Assembly (NCBI GenBank): GCA_041664365.1
Contig: JBAYKW010000008.1
Location: 1-63,646, forward strand
DNA length: 63,646 nt
Direction: 5' to 3'
Source: Patescibacteria group bacterium
GTDB lineage: Bacteria > Patescibacteriota > Patescibacteriia > UM-FILTER-42-10
In this document: positions 28,746 through 39,128 of the stretch, in pieces
How positions within the stretch are numbered: the stretch's first letter is position 1
How the letters are laid out: every line of letters begins with the position of its first letter
Position numbers and translations under genes: made by a program
The notes under the pieces: generated by a model
What the model saw: only the letters and a program-made list of their open reading frames with translations
Told to the model about the DNA's origin: nothing
The model's database searches: none

Positions 28746-29453
28746 CTATATTGATTTATGAATTGTAAAAATGTGTTTGTCACGAAATGGCCGTGATTGG
28801 CTGAATACTTCGTTTGGGAACTCTCTTTGATATGCTTCTTGAGAGCGGGATTTTTCGTAAAAACTGTCGCGTGCTGAAGCGTCCAGCCAAGAGGTTACAA
28901 CGAAAATTCCCCCATTATTCAGATGTTGATGAATATTTTGCATGGCATAAGAAAATTTTTCCGGATCTACAATGTGTTGAGTAACATCAATCATAATTAT
29001 TGCGTCATACCTACCTTTGATCTCCTGAGTTGAAACGTCCAGTTTTTCAAAATGATAATCTGAATATTGCCGGCGCAATTCAGGCATTAAAGTATCTGTA
29101 ATATCAACACCGGTATAATCTTTAACTCCTGCAGATTGTAGCGCTGATGCATAGAAACCGGTGCCACAACCAATGTCTAACCAGCGTGTTTGATTGAAAT
29201 CAACTGATGATTCTTGGCATACAGCCAGAAAAGTATTGCGAGCTTCAGTATATACCTGGTTATTCTCTTCAACAGACTGCGCAATGTTTCCGACACCTCG
29301 TTTATCAAATCCATATTGAGTTAATCGATCGTTCCAATATTTATCCGGCCGGTATGTTGCTCCCTGACCGTAGCGGAGTCTGTTACCGATGGTTATGGCA
29401 TTTTTTCGGATGGGATGTAATATTTTTCGAAGTGGGGATTTAATTGAAACCAT
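28746..29453 (-). CDS. Class I SAM-dependent methyltransferase
   Basis: LDIGCGTG, GVDI, DVTQHI. Confidence 0.88.
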   Translation of the reverse strand: MVSIKSPLRKILHPIRKNAITIGNRLRYGQGATYRPDKYWNDRLTQYGFDKRGVGNIAQSVEENNQVYTEARNTFLAVCQESSVDFNQTRWLDIGCGTGFYASALQSAGVKDYTGVDITDTLMPELRRQYSDYHFEKLDVSTQEIKGRYDAIIMIDVTQHIVDPEKFSYAMQNIHQHLNNGGIFVVTSWLDASARDSFYEKSRSQEAYQREFPNEVFSQSRPFRDKHIFTIHKSI

Positions 29454-29492
29454 CGTAATCGGATTATTATTTGTTTTATTAATAGACTAATA

Positions 29493-29569
29493 TGGTGCCC
29501 TCGGTAGGATTTGAACCTACAACCTCTTGGTCCGAAGCCAAGCACTCTATCCAATTGAGCTACGGGGGC
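29493..29569 (-). tRNA. tRNA-Arg(TCG)
   Basis: Cloverleaf; loop CTTCGGA; CCA. Confidence 0.95.
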
Positions 29570-29595
29570 ATGAAAAATAGACTACTTATATTTTA

Positions 29596-29644
29596 CCAAT
29601 TGCCAGCCCGAGACTGGTCCGCCTTGGGCGGAAGCTACGGGCGC
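29596..29644 (-). pseudogene. Duplicated tRNA-Arg 5' fragment interrupted by a 30-bp double-hairpin insert
   Basis: CCAATTG+[insert]+AGCTACGGGCGC versus the tRNA's CCAATTG|AGCTACGGGGGC. Confidence 0.55.
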
Positions 29645-29741
29645 AAATCACAATGAGCGTATCACAAAAGTTTTGTTTGATCAAGCGTTATTAATCAAGC
29701 AAAAAGGGCTATTTAAAGCCCTTTTTTATTGTTTTTGAATT

Positions 29742-30782
29742 CTATTTTAATGTTTCCGGATTTGTCATGTAGGATTTGGCAATCTCATCCGTGATCAGAC
29801 CCTCTTTATATAGTCGCTTCAAATCTTGATCCATTGTTTTCATTCCATTGGCAACTCCGGTCTGAATGACGGTCTTGATCTGAGCAATCTTATTTTCTCT
29901 GATCAGATTACTGATCGCAGGGGTATTAATTAGGATTTCTCTGGATGCAACGCGACCCTTGCTTGCTTTTGGAACAAGTTGTTGAGAAATAACACCTTTT
30001 AGAAACATGGAAAGCTGCAGTCTGACTTGGGACTGTTGGTATGGAGGAAATACGTCGATGATACGGTCAACTGTTTGAGCGGCGCTATAGGTGTGCAAAG
30101 TTGCCAGCACTAAATGCCCTGTTTCTGCGAGTGTGATGGTGGCAGCAATGGTGTCCAGGTCGCGCATCTCACCGACCAGAATTACATTCGGGTCTTGCCG
30201 TAGCACGTGCTTCAATGCATCAGCAAAGGAAAGCATATCCGAACCAAGCTGCCTTTGTTTAATAATACTTTTTTTAGGTTTATAGATAAATTCGATCGGA
30301 TCTTCCAAGGTAATAATGTTTGCTGCTCTGGTAGTATTAATATAATTGATCATCGCAGCCAGTGAAGTTGATTTTCCGCAGCCTGTAGGTCCGGTTACAA
30401 GAATCAAGCCCTGTTTTTGATCAAGTAAATCATAAACAACTTTTGGCATCTCAAGTTCTTCCATGGTGGGGGTGAGTGAAGTCACGACTCTGGCGACCAA
30501 TCCGATATTGCCTTTTTCCCAGTGAATGTTTACACGAAAACGGGATATGTCCGGAATTTCATATGACACATCAATCTCCCGATCTTTTATCAGACGCTCT
30601 TTCTGTATATCGGACAGAATATCAAAAACTATGTTCTGTGCATTTTCCGGAGTAATCGGTTCTTGATCTTCGATCGGAGCAAGCGCTCCGTCAATTCGCA
30701 GAATAGGCGGTTTCCCGACCGCGATATGCAGATCGGAAGCTCTTTTATTAACAGCAATTAACAATAAATCAGTCAGTTTCAT
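29742..30782 (-). CDS. pilT: Type IV pilus retraction ATPase PilT
   Basis: ASDLHI, GPTGCGKST, TLEDPIE, LRQDPNVILVGEMRD, AETGHLV--TLHT. Confidence 0.95.
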   Translation of the reverse strand: MKLTDLLLIAVNKRASDLHIAVGKPPILRIDGALAPIEDQEPITPENAQNIVFDILSDIQKERLIKDREIDVSYEIPDISRFRVNIHWEKGNIGLVARVVTSLTPTMEELEMPKVVYDLLDQKQGLILVTGPTGCGKSTSLAAMINYINTTRAANIITLEDPIEFIYKPKKSIIKQRQLGSDMLSFADALKHVLRQDPNVILVGEMRDLDTIAATITLAETGHLVLATLHTYSAAQTVDRIIDVFPPYQQSQVRLQLSMFLKGVISQQLVPKASKGRVASREILINTPAISNLIRENKIAQIKTVIQTGVANGMKTMDQDLKRLYKEGLITDEIAKSYMTNPETLK

Positions 30783-31077
30783 AGATTTGTTGGTTTACTA
30801 ATTAAAAAAACACTCGCAACGAAGAAGAGAGTGCCTTCAGTATGTTATCATACCAAGAAACTTTTATTGACCACTTCTCAATTTCAATAGTTCCTTGTAA
30901 CAAGATTTTCTCTTGAATTAAGATGTTGTTTTTTTGCATTGAATTATTTTTGTTTTTATTTTCAATTTCATTGTAGCATATAAAAAGTCATTTGTCAATT
31001 ATATTTCAATCAGAAAACATTTACAAAAAGGTAAATTTATGCTAGTCTTAAACAAGATTATTAATAAATTAATTTGT

Positions 31078-31488
31078 ATGTCCAAAGAAATACCAGATCT
31101 TAATCAAGGAGGTGTTGATGATAAAGTTGTCGAACAATTATCAGATGAACTTGATGAGGAAGTTCAATTGGTAGATGAGATTATTGCCGAATTAAGTCCG
31201 GAAGAAATGAGTAGGATGCAACAGATGAGTGAAGGACAAATGGAATTGTCAGATGACACTTTGGCAAAATTGAAGATTTTAAGTGAAAGAGTAGCACAGT
31301 TATTAAAAAATTATGGTGAAAAATATGGCCCGGCAACAGCAGGGCTAGTTGCGGGAGGAGTCATTACCGCATTAGGAATATCGAAAGGATGGATGGGTGT
31401 CGCGGAATCCGGCAGTGCCGGCACAATTTTCGCTGCGTTAGTGATGACGGTAACGGATTCCCTCCAGCATAATCGTGCGGGTAGCTAA
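31078..31488 (+). CDS. Hypothetical protein, acidic N-terminus and C-terminal TM hairpin
   Basis: ORF; start moved to the internal ATG. Confidence 0.65.
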   Translation: MSKEIPDLNQGGVDDKVVEQLSDELDEEVQLVDEIIAELSPEEMSRMQQMSEGQMELSDDTLAKLKILSERVAQLLKNYGEKYGPATAGLVAGGVITALGISKGWMGVAESGSAGTIFAALVMTVTDSLQHNRAGS

Positions 31489-31535
31489 TTTATTTCACAG
31501 AGACGAGAAGCTGTAGTTAAAGATAAAATATTTTT

Positions 31536-31844
31536 ATGGATGAGATAATTAAAAAAATACAGATACTTGTTGAAAATTCAAATGCAGCAGAGTCTAAAAA
31601 GAAAATGTGGCAGACTGCGTTGCGGGGACTAAGTAAAGTGAATTTTCCGGAAGAATATAAGATTGAGACTGTTTTGGAGTCTGTTCGACTTGACGCAGAG
31701 AAAGATATAAATGCTTTAGACATATTTTTTCAGAAAATCGGATCATTTGTCTATGCTTACGTTAAGGGCGGGGACAAAACTCTTGGTGAAACAATTGATG
31801 AATCAATAGCGGAACTGGATGAAAAATTGAAAGAATTTGAATAA
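31536..31844 (+). CDS. Hypothetical helical protein
   Basis: 102-aa ORF followed by a hairpin. Confidence 0.65.
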   Translation: MDEIIKKIQILVENSNAAESKKKMWQTALRGLSKVNFPEEYKIETVLESVRLDAEKDINALDIFFQKIGSFVYAYVKGGDKTLGETIDESIAELDEKLKEFE

Positions 31845-31961
31845 AGAAAATCAGTATGTATGATCAATAAACATGTCCTGTAACGGCGTGTTTTTGTTTT
31901 GACAGTACAATATAAAAGAGAGTAAGATTAAGTCAAATAGCGTTTTCTCATCGCCAAATTA

Positions 31962-33074
31962 ATGGAAGACAAAAAAAAGTCAAATTTTTTTAAATCAGTA
32001 CGGTTTGTCAAACAGTGCCGGGAAGAAGGACTCTCGCTTTGGGAGTGCCCGAATTTTTTATTTGTTTTTACCGGAATTATTTCCCTGTTTAGTATTTCCG
32101 GGACGTACTATTTAGCCAGTTTCTATTTTCCTCCGGAAGTTGTGATAATTTGGATTGCCTTTGTTTCATTTGTAATGGTTATCATCTCTTTCCTTGTTAA
32201 TCAGGGGATGACCAAAATAATGCAGGCGAAGAAAAAATTAAAACAAAATAATCAGGAATTGGAAAAAGCACTGCAAGAATCACGAGAAGCAAAAAAAATG
32301 CAGGATGATTTTACAACCATGTTAGTACATGATATGCGGTCTCCGCTGGAAGCCGTCCGGATGATAATTGAACTTTTAAACGAGCAGGAACAGACACCTG
32401 GGAAGGAAATGGTGAAGGCACATCAGTCAATCGATCACAGTATCACAAATATGCTGAATCTGATTACTAACTTATTGGATGTGGCACGTTTTGACCGGGG
32501 AAAGTTTATTATTCATAAGCAGATAGGGGATATCCAGACGAATATTAAAATTCAAAAAGAAAACTATAAAGTTCTGGCAGCTGGGAAAGGAATAAAATTG
32601 AATATGCAAATCGCGGAGAATCTTCCTTCTGTTCCTTTTGATGAGTATTCGATTAATCGGGTAATTGCCAATTTATTAGTGAACGCAATAAAATTTACTC
32701 CGGCCAACGGAGAAATAACTCTGCAGGCTGTATATGTTAATAAAGGAAAACACATCGAAGAAATTGCTGAACGATCTGGCATCAAATGGTTTATTACAGC
32801 TATGTCACCGCAAATTTTAGATATCAGAAACTCCGTATTAATAGCAGTCACGGACAACGGGATCGGGATTGCCAAACAAAAAATTAGCAGTTTATTTTTA
32901 AGTTTTTCACAAGTTATCAATACGCAAGGACAGCTCAAAACTGGAATACCGATCGGTACCGGACTGGGTCTTGCAATTGCCAAAGTGATTATCAAAGGCA
33001 ATGATGGCATTATTAATGTCGAATCGGTTGAGGAAGAAGGAAGTACTTTCTATTTCACGCTTCCAACGGCTTAA
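31962..33074 (+). CDS. Sensor histidine kinase
   Basis: HDMRSPL H-box, NLLVNAIKFT, DNGIGI, GTGLGL, GSTF. Confidence 0.95.
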   Translation: MEDKKKSNFFKSVRFVKQCREEGLSLWECPNFLFVFTGIISLFSISGTYYLASFYFPPEVVIIWIAFVSFVMVIISFLVNQGMTKIMQAKKKLKQNNQELEKALQESREAKKMQDDFTTMLVHDMRSPLEAVRMIIELLNEQEQTPGKEMVKAHQSIDHSITNMLNLITNLLDVARFDRGKFIIHKQIGDIQTNIKIQKENYKVLAAGKGIKLNMQIAENLPSVPFDEYSINRVIANLLVNAIKFTPANGEITLQAVYVNKGKHIEEIAERSGIKWFITAMSPQILDIRNSVLIAVTDNGIGIAKQKISSLFLSFSQVINTQGQLKTGIPIGTGLGLAIAKVIIKGNDGIINVESVEEEGSTFYFTLPTA

Positions 33075-33143
33075 TTGCAGAAGCTTAACATTTCTATAAA
33101 TAAAACATATAATTAACACAGCGTAATAATTTAGTCAAAATAT

Positions 33144-33518
33144 ATGGAAAACAAGAAAAGAATACTAATAATTGAAGATGAAGTTGCTCTTTTGTATGCA
33201 CTACAGTCAAAACTGACTATGGAAGGCTTTGAAGTGGAGGCGTATTCTACCGGCAAGGAAGGATTAAAGGCAATCAAACAAAAAAAATTTGATTTACTGA
33301 TTTTAGATATTATTCTGCCGGATACGGATGGATTTGAGATTTTAAAGACAGTTAAAAGCGATCCGAAAACAAAAGACATTCCGGCGGTGATTATTTCTAA
33401 TCTGTCAGAAAAGAGTAATATCAGCAGGGGTATCTCTTTGGGTGCGAAAGATTATCTGCCGAAGAGCGAATATCATTTAAATGATATAGTGGATAAAATC
33501 CGGGCCTCAATGGAATAA
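33144..33518 (+). CDS. Single-domain response regulator
   Basis: ILIIEDE, LILDIILP, SNL, YLPK. Confidence 0.95.
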   Translation: MENKKRILIIEDEVALLYALQSKLTMEGFEVEAYSTGKEGLKAIKQKKFDLLILDIILPDTDGFEILKTVKSDPKTKDIPAVIISNLSEKSNISRGISLGAKDYLPKSEYHLNDIVDKIRASME

Positions 33519-33605
33519 ATAAAGTAATGAATAAAAAAAGGGTGCCAAACGGCACCTTTTTTAAAAGATTGACAAGTAATATTATTGCCATATACTACAT
33601 GTACT

Positions 33606-35099
33606 ATGAAAATTGCCAAATATAACCGATCATTACTCGAAATAAAAGCGCAGGCGCTGGTACTTTTTTTGTTTGAAGAGAAACTGCTTTCTCAGGAGGT
33701 GTTACATATTGACCGGGAGCTGGAAGACATTTTGCAGACGGTTGTAAGGGAAGAAAAATTTGAAGCGAAAAAAGGAGAGACGGTTGAGGTGAATACTGGC
33801 TCAAAGCTTGGGTTTACCCGCGTACTGCTTGTCGGTCTGGGAAAGAAAAAAGATTTATCACCGACGGTACTAAAAAGAGGTATGGGTATCGCGATCAGAA
33901 CTCTGGCGAAAAGTACGGTCAGTAAAGTTGCCGTGTTTCTGCCGAAGATAACAGGATTGAAACTGTCGGCAGATAAAATTGCCGAATCGCTTGTGATCGG
34001 TGCGATGACGGCGGAATACCAATTCTCTGAGTATAAGACTGTTAAGAAAGATCTACCGCACCGGGTTACTGAACTTGATTTCTATACAAATTACCCCGAC
34101 AAGTTGTTTGTGAAGGGGTTAAAAGATGGTGAGATTATTGCTTCAGCGGTTAATCGCGCCAGAGATTATGGTAATCATCCTTCAAATAAAGCGAACCCCA
34201 GCTATTTAGTGGAAATGGCGCACGAAGTCGCGAAGATTCCAAAAGTACGGTGCAGAATACTGGGTAAGGAAGAAATGAAACAAAAAAAGATGGAAGCGAT
34301 CTTGGCGGTTTCGCAAGGGACGCAACATCCGCCGAAATTTATTATTTTAGAATACAAAGGAAAGCCCGATTCCAAGGAGTGGATGGTACTCGTTGGTAAA
34401 GGAATTACTTTTGACAGTGGTGGAATTTCGATCAAACCCGGAGAAAAGATGGAGGAAATGAAATTTGACATGGCTGGTGGTGCGGCAGTAATCAGCGCTA
34501 TCGAAGCTATTGCGAATCTTAAGATAGTAATTAATTGCGTAGCATTAATACCGGCAACGGAGAATCTTCCTTCGAGCCAGGCTTATAAACCGGGTGACAT
34601 AATCGGTTCGGCAGCCGGGAAAACTATTGAAGTAATTAATACGGATGCCGAAGGCAGATTGATTTTAGCTGACGCCTTACATTATGCAAAAAGTTATAAA
34701 CCAAAAGTGGTTATAGATTTTGCAACTTTAACCGGGGCATGTGTTTACGCATTAGGGACGCATGTTTCAGGAATGATGGGTAATGATATTAAATTAATGC
34801 AAAAAGTAAAACAGGCAGGTGAGGTATCCGGAGATAGAGTATGGGAGTTGCCATTATGGGAAGAGTATTCAAAGCAGATAAAGAGTGATATCGCAGATGT
34901 TCGAAATACCGGAACCGGTTATGGAGGTGGCGCAATCACTGCCGCCGCTTTTCTCCAGGAATTTATTTCAGATTACAAATGGGCTCATCTTGATATCGCT
35001 GGTACTGCCTGGAGTACAGAAGAAAAACCTTATCTGGGCAAAGGAGCAACCGGCGTCGGGGTCGCGCTTGCTGTTGAGTTGGTCAGAAAGTGGAAATAA
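33606..35099 (+). CDS. pepA: Leucyl aminopeptidase (M17)
   Basis: VGKGITFDSGG, MKFDMAG, NTDAEGRL, ATLTG, HLDIAG. Confidence 0.96.
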   Translation: MKIAKYNRSLLEIKAQALVLFLFEEKLLSQEVLHIDRELEDILQTVVREEKFEAKKGETVEVNTGSKLGFTRVLLVGLGKKKDLSPTVLKRGMGIAIRTLAKSTVSKVAVFLPKITGLKLSADKIAESLVIGAMTAEYQFSEYKTVKKDLPHRVTELDFYTNYPDKLFVKGLKDGEIIASAVNRARDYGNHPSNKANPSYLVEMAHEVAKIPKVRCRILGKEEMKQKKMEAILAVSQGTQHPPKFIILEYKGKPDSKEWMVLVGKGITFDSGGISIKPGEKMEEMKFDMAGGAAVISAIEAIANLKIVINCVALIPATENLPSSQAYKPGDIIGSAAGKTIEVINTDAEGRLILADALHYAKSYKPKVVIDFATLTGACVYALGTHVSGMMGNDIKLMQKVKQAGEVSGDRVWELPLWEEYSKQIKSDIADVRNTGTGYGGGAITAAAFLQEFISDYKWAHLDIAGTAWSTEEKPYLGKGATGVGVALAVELVRKWK

Positions 35100-35149
35100 T
35101 TTAAACAAAAGTCCGTTTAGTTAAACGGAATGATAAAAATCACAAGAGC

Positions 35150-37024
35150 CTATTTGTGGTTTTTTTCTATTAGTAACAATGATTCTTTTACTATTCCTTC
35201 AACATCCAGTCCTAATTTTTGCCTAAGAATGCTTTGCGTGCCCTGTTCGATGAAACTGTCCGGGATGCCGATCAGTTTTATTTTTATATCCGTAATATTA
35301 TTATCCGCAAATTGTTCCAGGATAGCGCTGCCGAACCCGCCCATTACGGAATTTTCTTCAATGACGATTACTTTTTTTATCTGTTCTGATTTGCTATTAA
35401 TCATTTCAGTATCGAGCGGCTTAACGAATCGGGCATTGATCACACAAGTATCAATCCCTTTTTCTGAAAGCTTCCCTGCTGCGGAAATTGCGGTTTCAAC
35501 CGTGCTCCCGATGGCGATTAATAACAGATCTTTGCCTTCTCGCAAAACTTCAGATTTACCGACAGGTATAATATCTAATAATGTATCTTTTTTATTTTCT
35601 GCTTCACTTCCCCTTGGGTATCTGATGGCTACAGGCTTGTTTAAAGACAAGGCTGTCCTAAGCATCTGTTTCAGTTCATGGCCGTCTTTTGGCGCCATTA
35701 AAACCAGATTGGGGATATGCCTGAGAAAGGAAAAATCAAAACTGCCGTTATGCGTCGGGCCGTCATTGCCGACAATTCCAGCCCGGTCGATAGCAAAGAC
35801 AACCGGCAAATTTTGTAGACAGATATCATGAATAATTTCGTCGTATGCTCTTTGCAGGAAAGTAGAATAAATTGCTACAACCGGTTTAAGCCCCTGCGTG
35901 GCCAGTCCGGCGGCAAATGTGGCGGCATGCGGTTCTGCGATACCGACATCGTATATCCGGTCCGGAAATCTTTTGGCGAATTCAGTCAGCCCCGTGCCGT
36001 CAGTCATGGCGGCGGTAATGGCCACGATCCGTTTATCTTTTTCTGCCAGTTCAGCCAGATAGTTGCCGAAAATATTACTATACGACTGCCCAGAAGAAGC
36101 GTGCATTTTACCGGATTTGATGTCAAACGGCCCGGCGCTGTGAAAAATCTCCGGATTTTTTTCCGCCGCATCGTATCCTTTACCTTTTTTTGTTATTACA
36201 TGAATCAGGACAGGACCTTTGACGTCTTTGTAGGATCTGATGACAGATATTAAGTCGCCTACTTTATGCCCGTCTAAAGGGCCGATGTATTCAAACCCCA
36301 ATTCTTCAAACAGGACACCGGGAATAGATGCCCCCTTCACTGTATCTTCCGCTTTCTGCGCAATCTTCAACACCGGTTCACCGATGTGCGGAATTCTTTT
36401 CAGTAGGTCGCGGGTTTCTTTCCGGAATTTATTATAACCGTTACTCATCATAATCCTTCTCAAATACGCGGAAAGAGCGCCAACATTCGGAGAGATCGAC
36501 ATTTCGTTGTCATTCAGTATGACGATCAGATCTTTTTTTGATTGTCCCGCATGATTCAAACCCTCGAAGGCAAGTCCAGCGGTCAGTGCACCGTCACCGA
36601 TTACGGCGATTACCTTAAAACGTTCTTTGTTCTGATCTCTGCCTTCCAATATCCCTAAGGCAGCCGAAATTGAAGTTGAGCTGTGTCCGGTACCAAACGC
36701 GTCATGCTCATTTTCAGTAATTTTTGGAAAACCGGAAATCCCCCGGTGCATTCTTAAAGTAGGAAATTCGTCATATCGTCCGGTCAGCAGTTTATGAACA
36801 TAAGATTGATGACCGACATCCCAGATGATTTTATCCAGCGGTGAATCAAATACATAATGAAGAGCCAGCGTAAGTTCAACTACGCCTAGGTTTGAAGCAA
36901 GGTGTCCGCCGTTAACGGCTACAGTACTGATGATAGTTTCTCTCAATTCTTTTGCTATTTCGTCCAATTCTGAAACAGAAAACTTTTTCAAGTTATTCGG
37001 GTTTTTTATCTTTTCTAACAGCAT
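35150..37024 (-). CDS. dxs: 1-deoxy-D-xylulose-5-phosphate synthase
   Basis: GGHLASNLGVVEL, DVGHQSY-HK, GHSSTSIS, GDGA, NDN, DVGIAE, YSTFLQRAYD, DGPTH. Confidence 0.96.
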   Translation of the reverse strand: MLLEKIKNPNNLKKFSVSELDEIAKELRETIISTVAVNGGHLASNLGVVELTLALHYVFDSPLDKIIWDVGHQSYVHKLLTGRYDEFPTLRMHRGISGFPKITENEHDAFGTGHSSTSISAALGILEGRDQNKERFKVIAVIGDGALTAGLAFEGLNHAGQSKKDLIVILNDNEMSISPNVGALSAYLRRIMMSNGYNKFRKETRDLLKRIPHIGEPVLKIAQKAEDTVKGASIPGVLFEELGFEYIGPLDGHKVGDLISVIRSYKDVKGPVLIHVITKKGKGYDAAEKNPEIFHSAGPFDIKSGKMHASSGQSYSNIFGNYLAELAEKDKRIVAITAAMTDGTGLTEFAKRFPDRIYDVGIAEPHAATFAAGLATQGLKPVVAIYSTFLQRAYDEIIHDICLQNLPVVFAIDRAGIVGNDGPTHNGSFDFSFLRHIPNLVLMAPKDGHELKQMLRTALSLNKPVAIRYPRGSEAENKKDTLLDIIPVGKSEVLREGKDLLLIAIGSTVETAISAAGKLSEKGIDTCVINARFVKPLDTEMINSKSEQIKKVIVIEENSVMGGFGSAILEQFADNNITDIKIKLIGIPDSFIEQGTQSILRQKLGLDVEGIVKESLLLIEKNHK

Positions 37025-37207
37025 TATAGCCTTTATCGATTATTTATTGATATATCCTGGGAAGATTACTTTCTAGATATTACATAAATCATAGCACTCG
37101 CGAGGTTAATTGCAAACTAAGTCTTAGTGTGCGATTTTGCTGATTTGGTTTTGCAATACTAAACAAAAAAGCGTATCGAATTGATACACTTTTTTGTTTA
37201 AAAATTA

Positions 37208-37498
37208 TTATTCCGCTTGCGTCGGTGTTTCGGGTTTTGTTTCAGTTTTTTCAACAGCTACCTTTTTGCCTTTGAGGCCCAGTAGGGTAACTACGAAGAT
37301 AATCATATACATAATTAAACCATAAACGCAGGCCGGCAAGGTGCCCAGATCAACTACCGGTTTATCACCAACCGAGCATTTTACGATGGCATCCGTGCAT
37401 CCTCCCCGAAATATTTCCATATAGGAAAGATATCCGGAGAATAATAGTCCGGCGATGGATATAATGAGTACGGTTTTTAATGCAGTTTTTGCTGTCAT
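37208..37498 (-). CDS. Small VKOR-like (N-terminal half) membrane protein
   Basis: GLLFSGYLS, loop Cys pair C-x6-C, G-LP-CVYG; no C-terminal CxxC helix. Confidence 0.5.
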   Translation of the reverse strand: MTAKTALKTVLIISIAGLLFSGYLSYMEIFRGGCTDAIVKCSVGDKPVVDLGTLPACVYGLIMYMIIFVVTLLGLKGKKVAVEKTETKPETPTQAE

Positions 37499-37529
37499 GT
37501 TCTTTTGTTAATTATAAGAAAAATTAATA

Positions 37530-39128
37530 TTAATATAAATCGTCTTTTTTCTCCCGAATATAATCAATCCACTGCTCCGAGACATGCACGATTGATTTAA
37601 ATGGCGCTTCGATGATTACATCAAGGATAAATACAAATACATTTACCTTCGGGGCTTTCAGGGAGAGCCAATGTCCCACTCTGACGATCGGGATGGTAAA
37701 AAAGTCTACTAGAATACTGAAGAATCCTTCTTTTTGATTTTGCATCCGCAGTTCTTTATTGTCCTGACGCAGTTTAATCCCCAGGAAACTAACGATAGTC
37801 AAAAAGAAAATGAAGAATAAAATACTGACCCAGTTAAAATTAATTAAGGTAAGAAAGGCGATTAGAATTCCGAAGGAGAGTGTAAAAGCAATTCCATAGA
37901 TAATTTGGAAAACAAGCATAGTAACTCTTCTCCGTTTTGCGGGACGGATTCGCCACTTCGGTTTACTGTCGGTATTCAGCGATAGTATGCCATGGATACC
38001 ACGGATAATCCGCTCGGTATTATCATTACTAGGAGTGTTAATTGTTATGGCAAGGAAGAATAGAAAAAATGGATGGAATATGATATTCACCAGTAGTGGT
38101 GTGTAGTTAACTTCATCAACAAAGAATCGATCATAGGGAAGCTCAACCATTAAAGCAAGCGCGGTTTTAGTAAATAATAAATAGACAAAACTTCTTTTTA
38201 CGCTCCGCTCTAATTTAATGTGTGCCTTTTTGTAACGTTCCGTGGTTACTGTTCGGATTTGTGCGTCTAATTGTCCCGGATCCAGAATTATTGAAGTAGC
38301 AGTTTGGGGATTATTTTCTATTACATCTCTTAATACCTGGAACAGAACAGATGTTTTTTTAATTTTATTAAATAGGTATCCGTTTAAAGGGTGATTTAAG
38401 ATGCGGTTTGTTTCTTTTCTGAAGTTGCCGATTTCTCTACCCGCTCTGCGGATGGTTTCCATATCCACATTTTTCCATTCGCCGAATTCAAACTTCCACA
38501 GATGATGAACCAGAATCGGCTGGTCGGATTTAATCAATGCGCGGTGGATGGCCAGATAAAGGATTGTGTTTTTGTCCTTCTGGGATATTTTATTGTCCTC
38601 CCATTCCATGTTTTCTGTAATTGTTCGGAAGGAAAAATCAACAATGGCCGCGTCCCGATGCGGACTGACCAGCTGGGTTTCAATCTCAACAGCTGCGATA
38701 TCCAAAATCCATTTACGAAAGTCATAATAATCCTGTCCGGTATAGTCACGAATCACTTCATGGAGCAGTAGTACATAATTGTTAATAGTATGAGCTATTT
38801 CGTGAATTTTAGTCTCCGGAACGGATTTATTCCTTAAATATCTGCCACGGATCAGTTCGTAAACCAGGTGTTTTGCGACTTTATTGATATCTGCTCCTGG
38901 TACCAATCGGCGTTTCAACATACGGCTAATGGCATTTTTTCTCAGTAGGTTTTCTTCTTTATAATCAATAGCATTACGGAATTTTTCATAAAAAAAAGCC
39001 ACACGGCTGATGGTATTGTTAACCTGAATCCTGGCTACTCCATGTGGTATATCTTCAACCGCCGGCTTCCGCTGGAAAGCCATTATCAGTTGTTTGAGTG
39101 AAAATGGTAATGAATCTTCTGTAATCAT
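37530..39128 (-). CDS. Conserved hypothetical membrane protein
   Basis: YEKFRNAIDY-EE-LLR--AI-R-LKR; four C-terminal TM helices. Confidence 0.8.
   Translation of the reverse strand: MITEDSLPFSLKQLIMAFQRKPAVEDIPHGVARIQVNNTISRVAFFYEKFRNAIDYKEENLLRKNAISRMLKRRLVPGADINKVAKHLVYELIRGRYLRNKSVPETKIHEIAHTINNYVLLLHEVIRDYTGQDYYDFRKWILDIAAVEIETQLVSPHRDAAIVDFSFRTITENMEWEDNKISQKDKNTILYLAIHRALIKSDQPILVHHLWKFEFGEWKNVDMETIRRAGREIGNFRKETNRILNHPLNGYLFNKIKKTSVLFQVLRDVIENNPQTATSIILDPGQLDAQIRTVTTERYKKAHIKLERSVKRSFVYLLFTKTALALMVELPYDRFFVDEVNYTPLLVNIIFHPFFLFFLAITINTPSNDNTERIIRGIHGILSLNTDSKPKWRIRPAKRRRVTMLVFQIIYGIAFTLSFGILIAFLTLINFNWVSILFFIFFLTIVSFLGIKLRQDNKELRMQNQKEGFFSILVDFFTIPIVRVGHWLSLKAPKVNVFVFILDVIIEAPFKSIVHVSEQWIDYIREKKDDLY

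Noticed and set aside
103-29569. tRNA introns or tRNA-3' att duplications
   Set aside because: All six tRNAs are normal length, and I found no repeated 3' ends.
37091-37117. CIRCE-like TAGCACTC half-site upstream of dxs
   Set aside because: The right arm does not match GAGTGCTAA at 9-nt spacing, and no chaperone gene follows.
37025-37200. TPP riboswitch upstream of dxs
   Set aside because: No CTGAGA/ACCTGA core seen.
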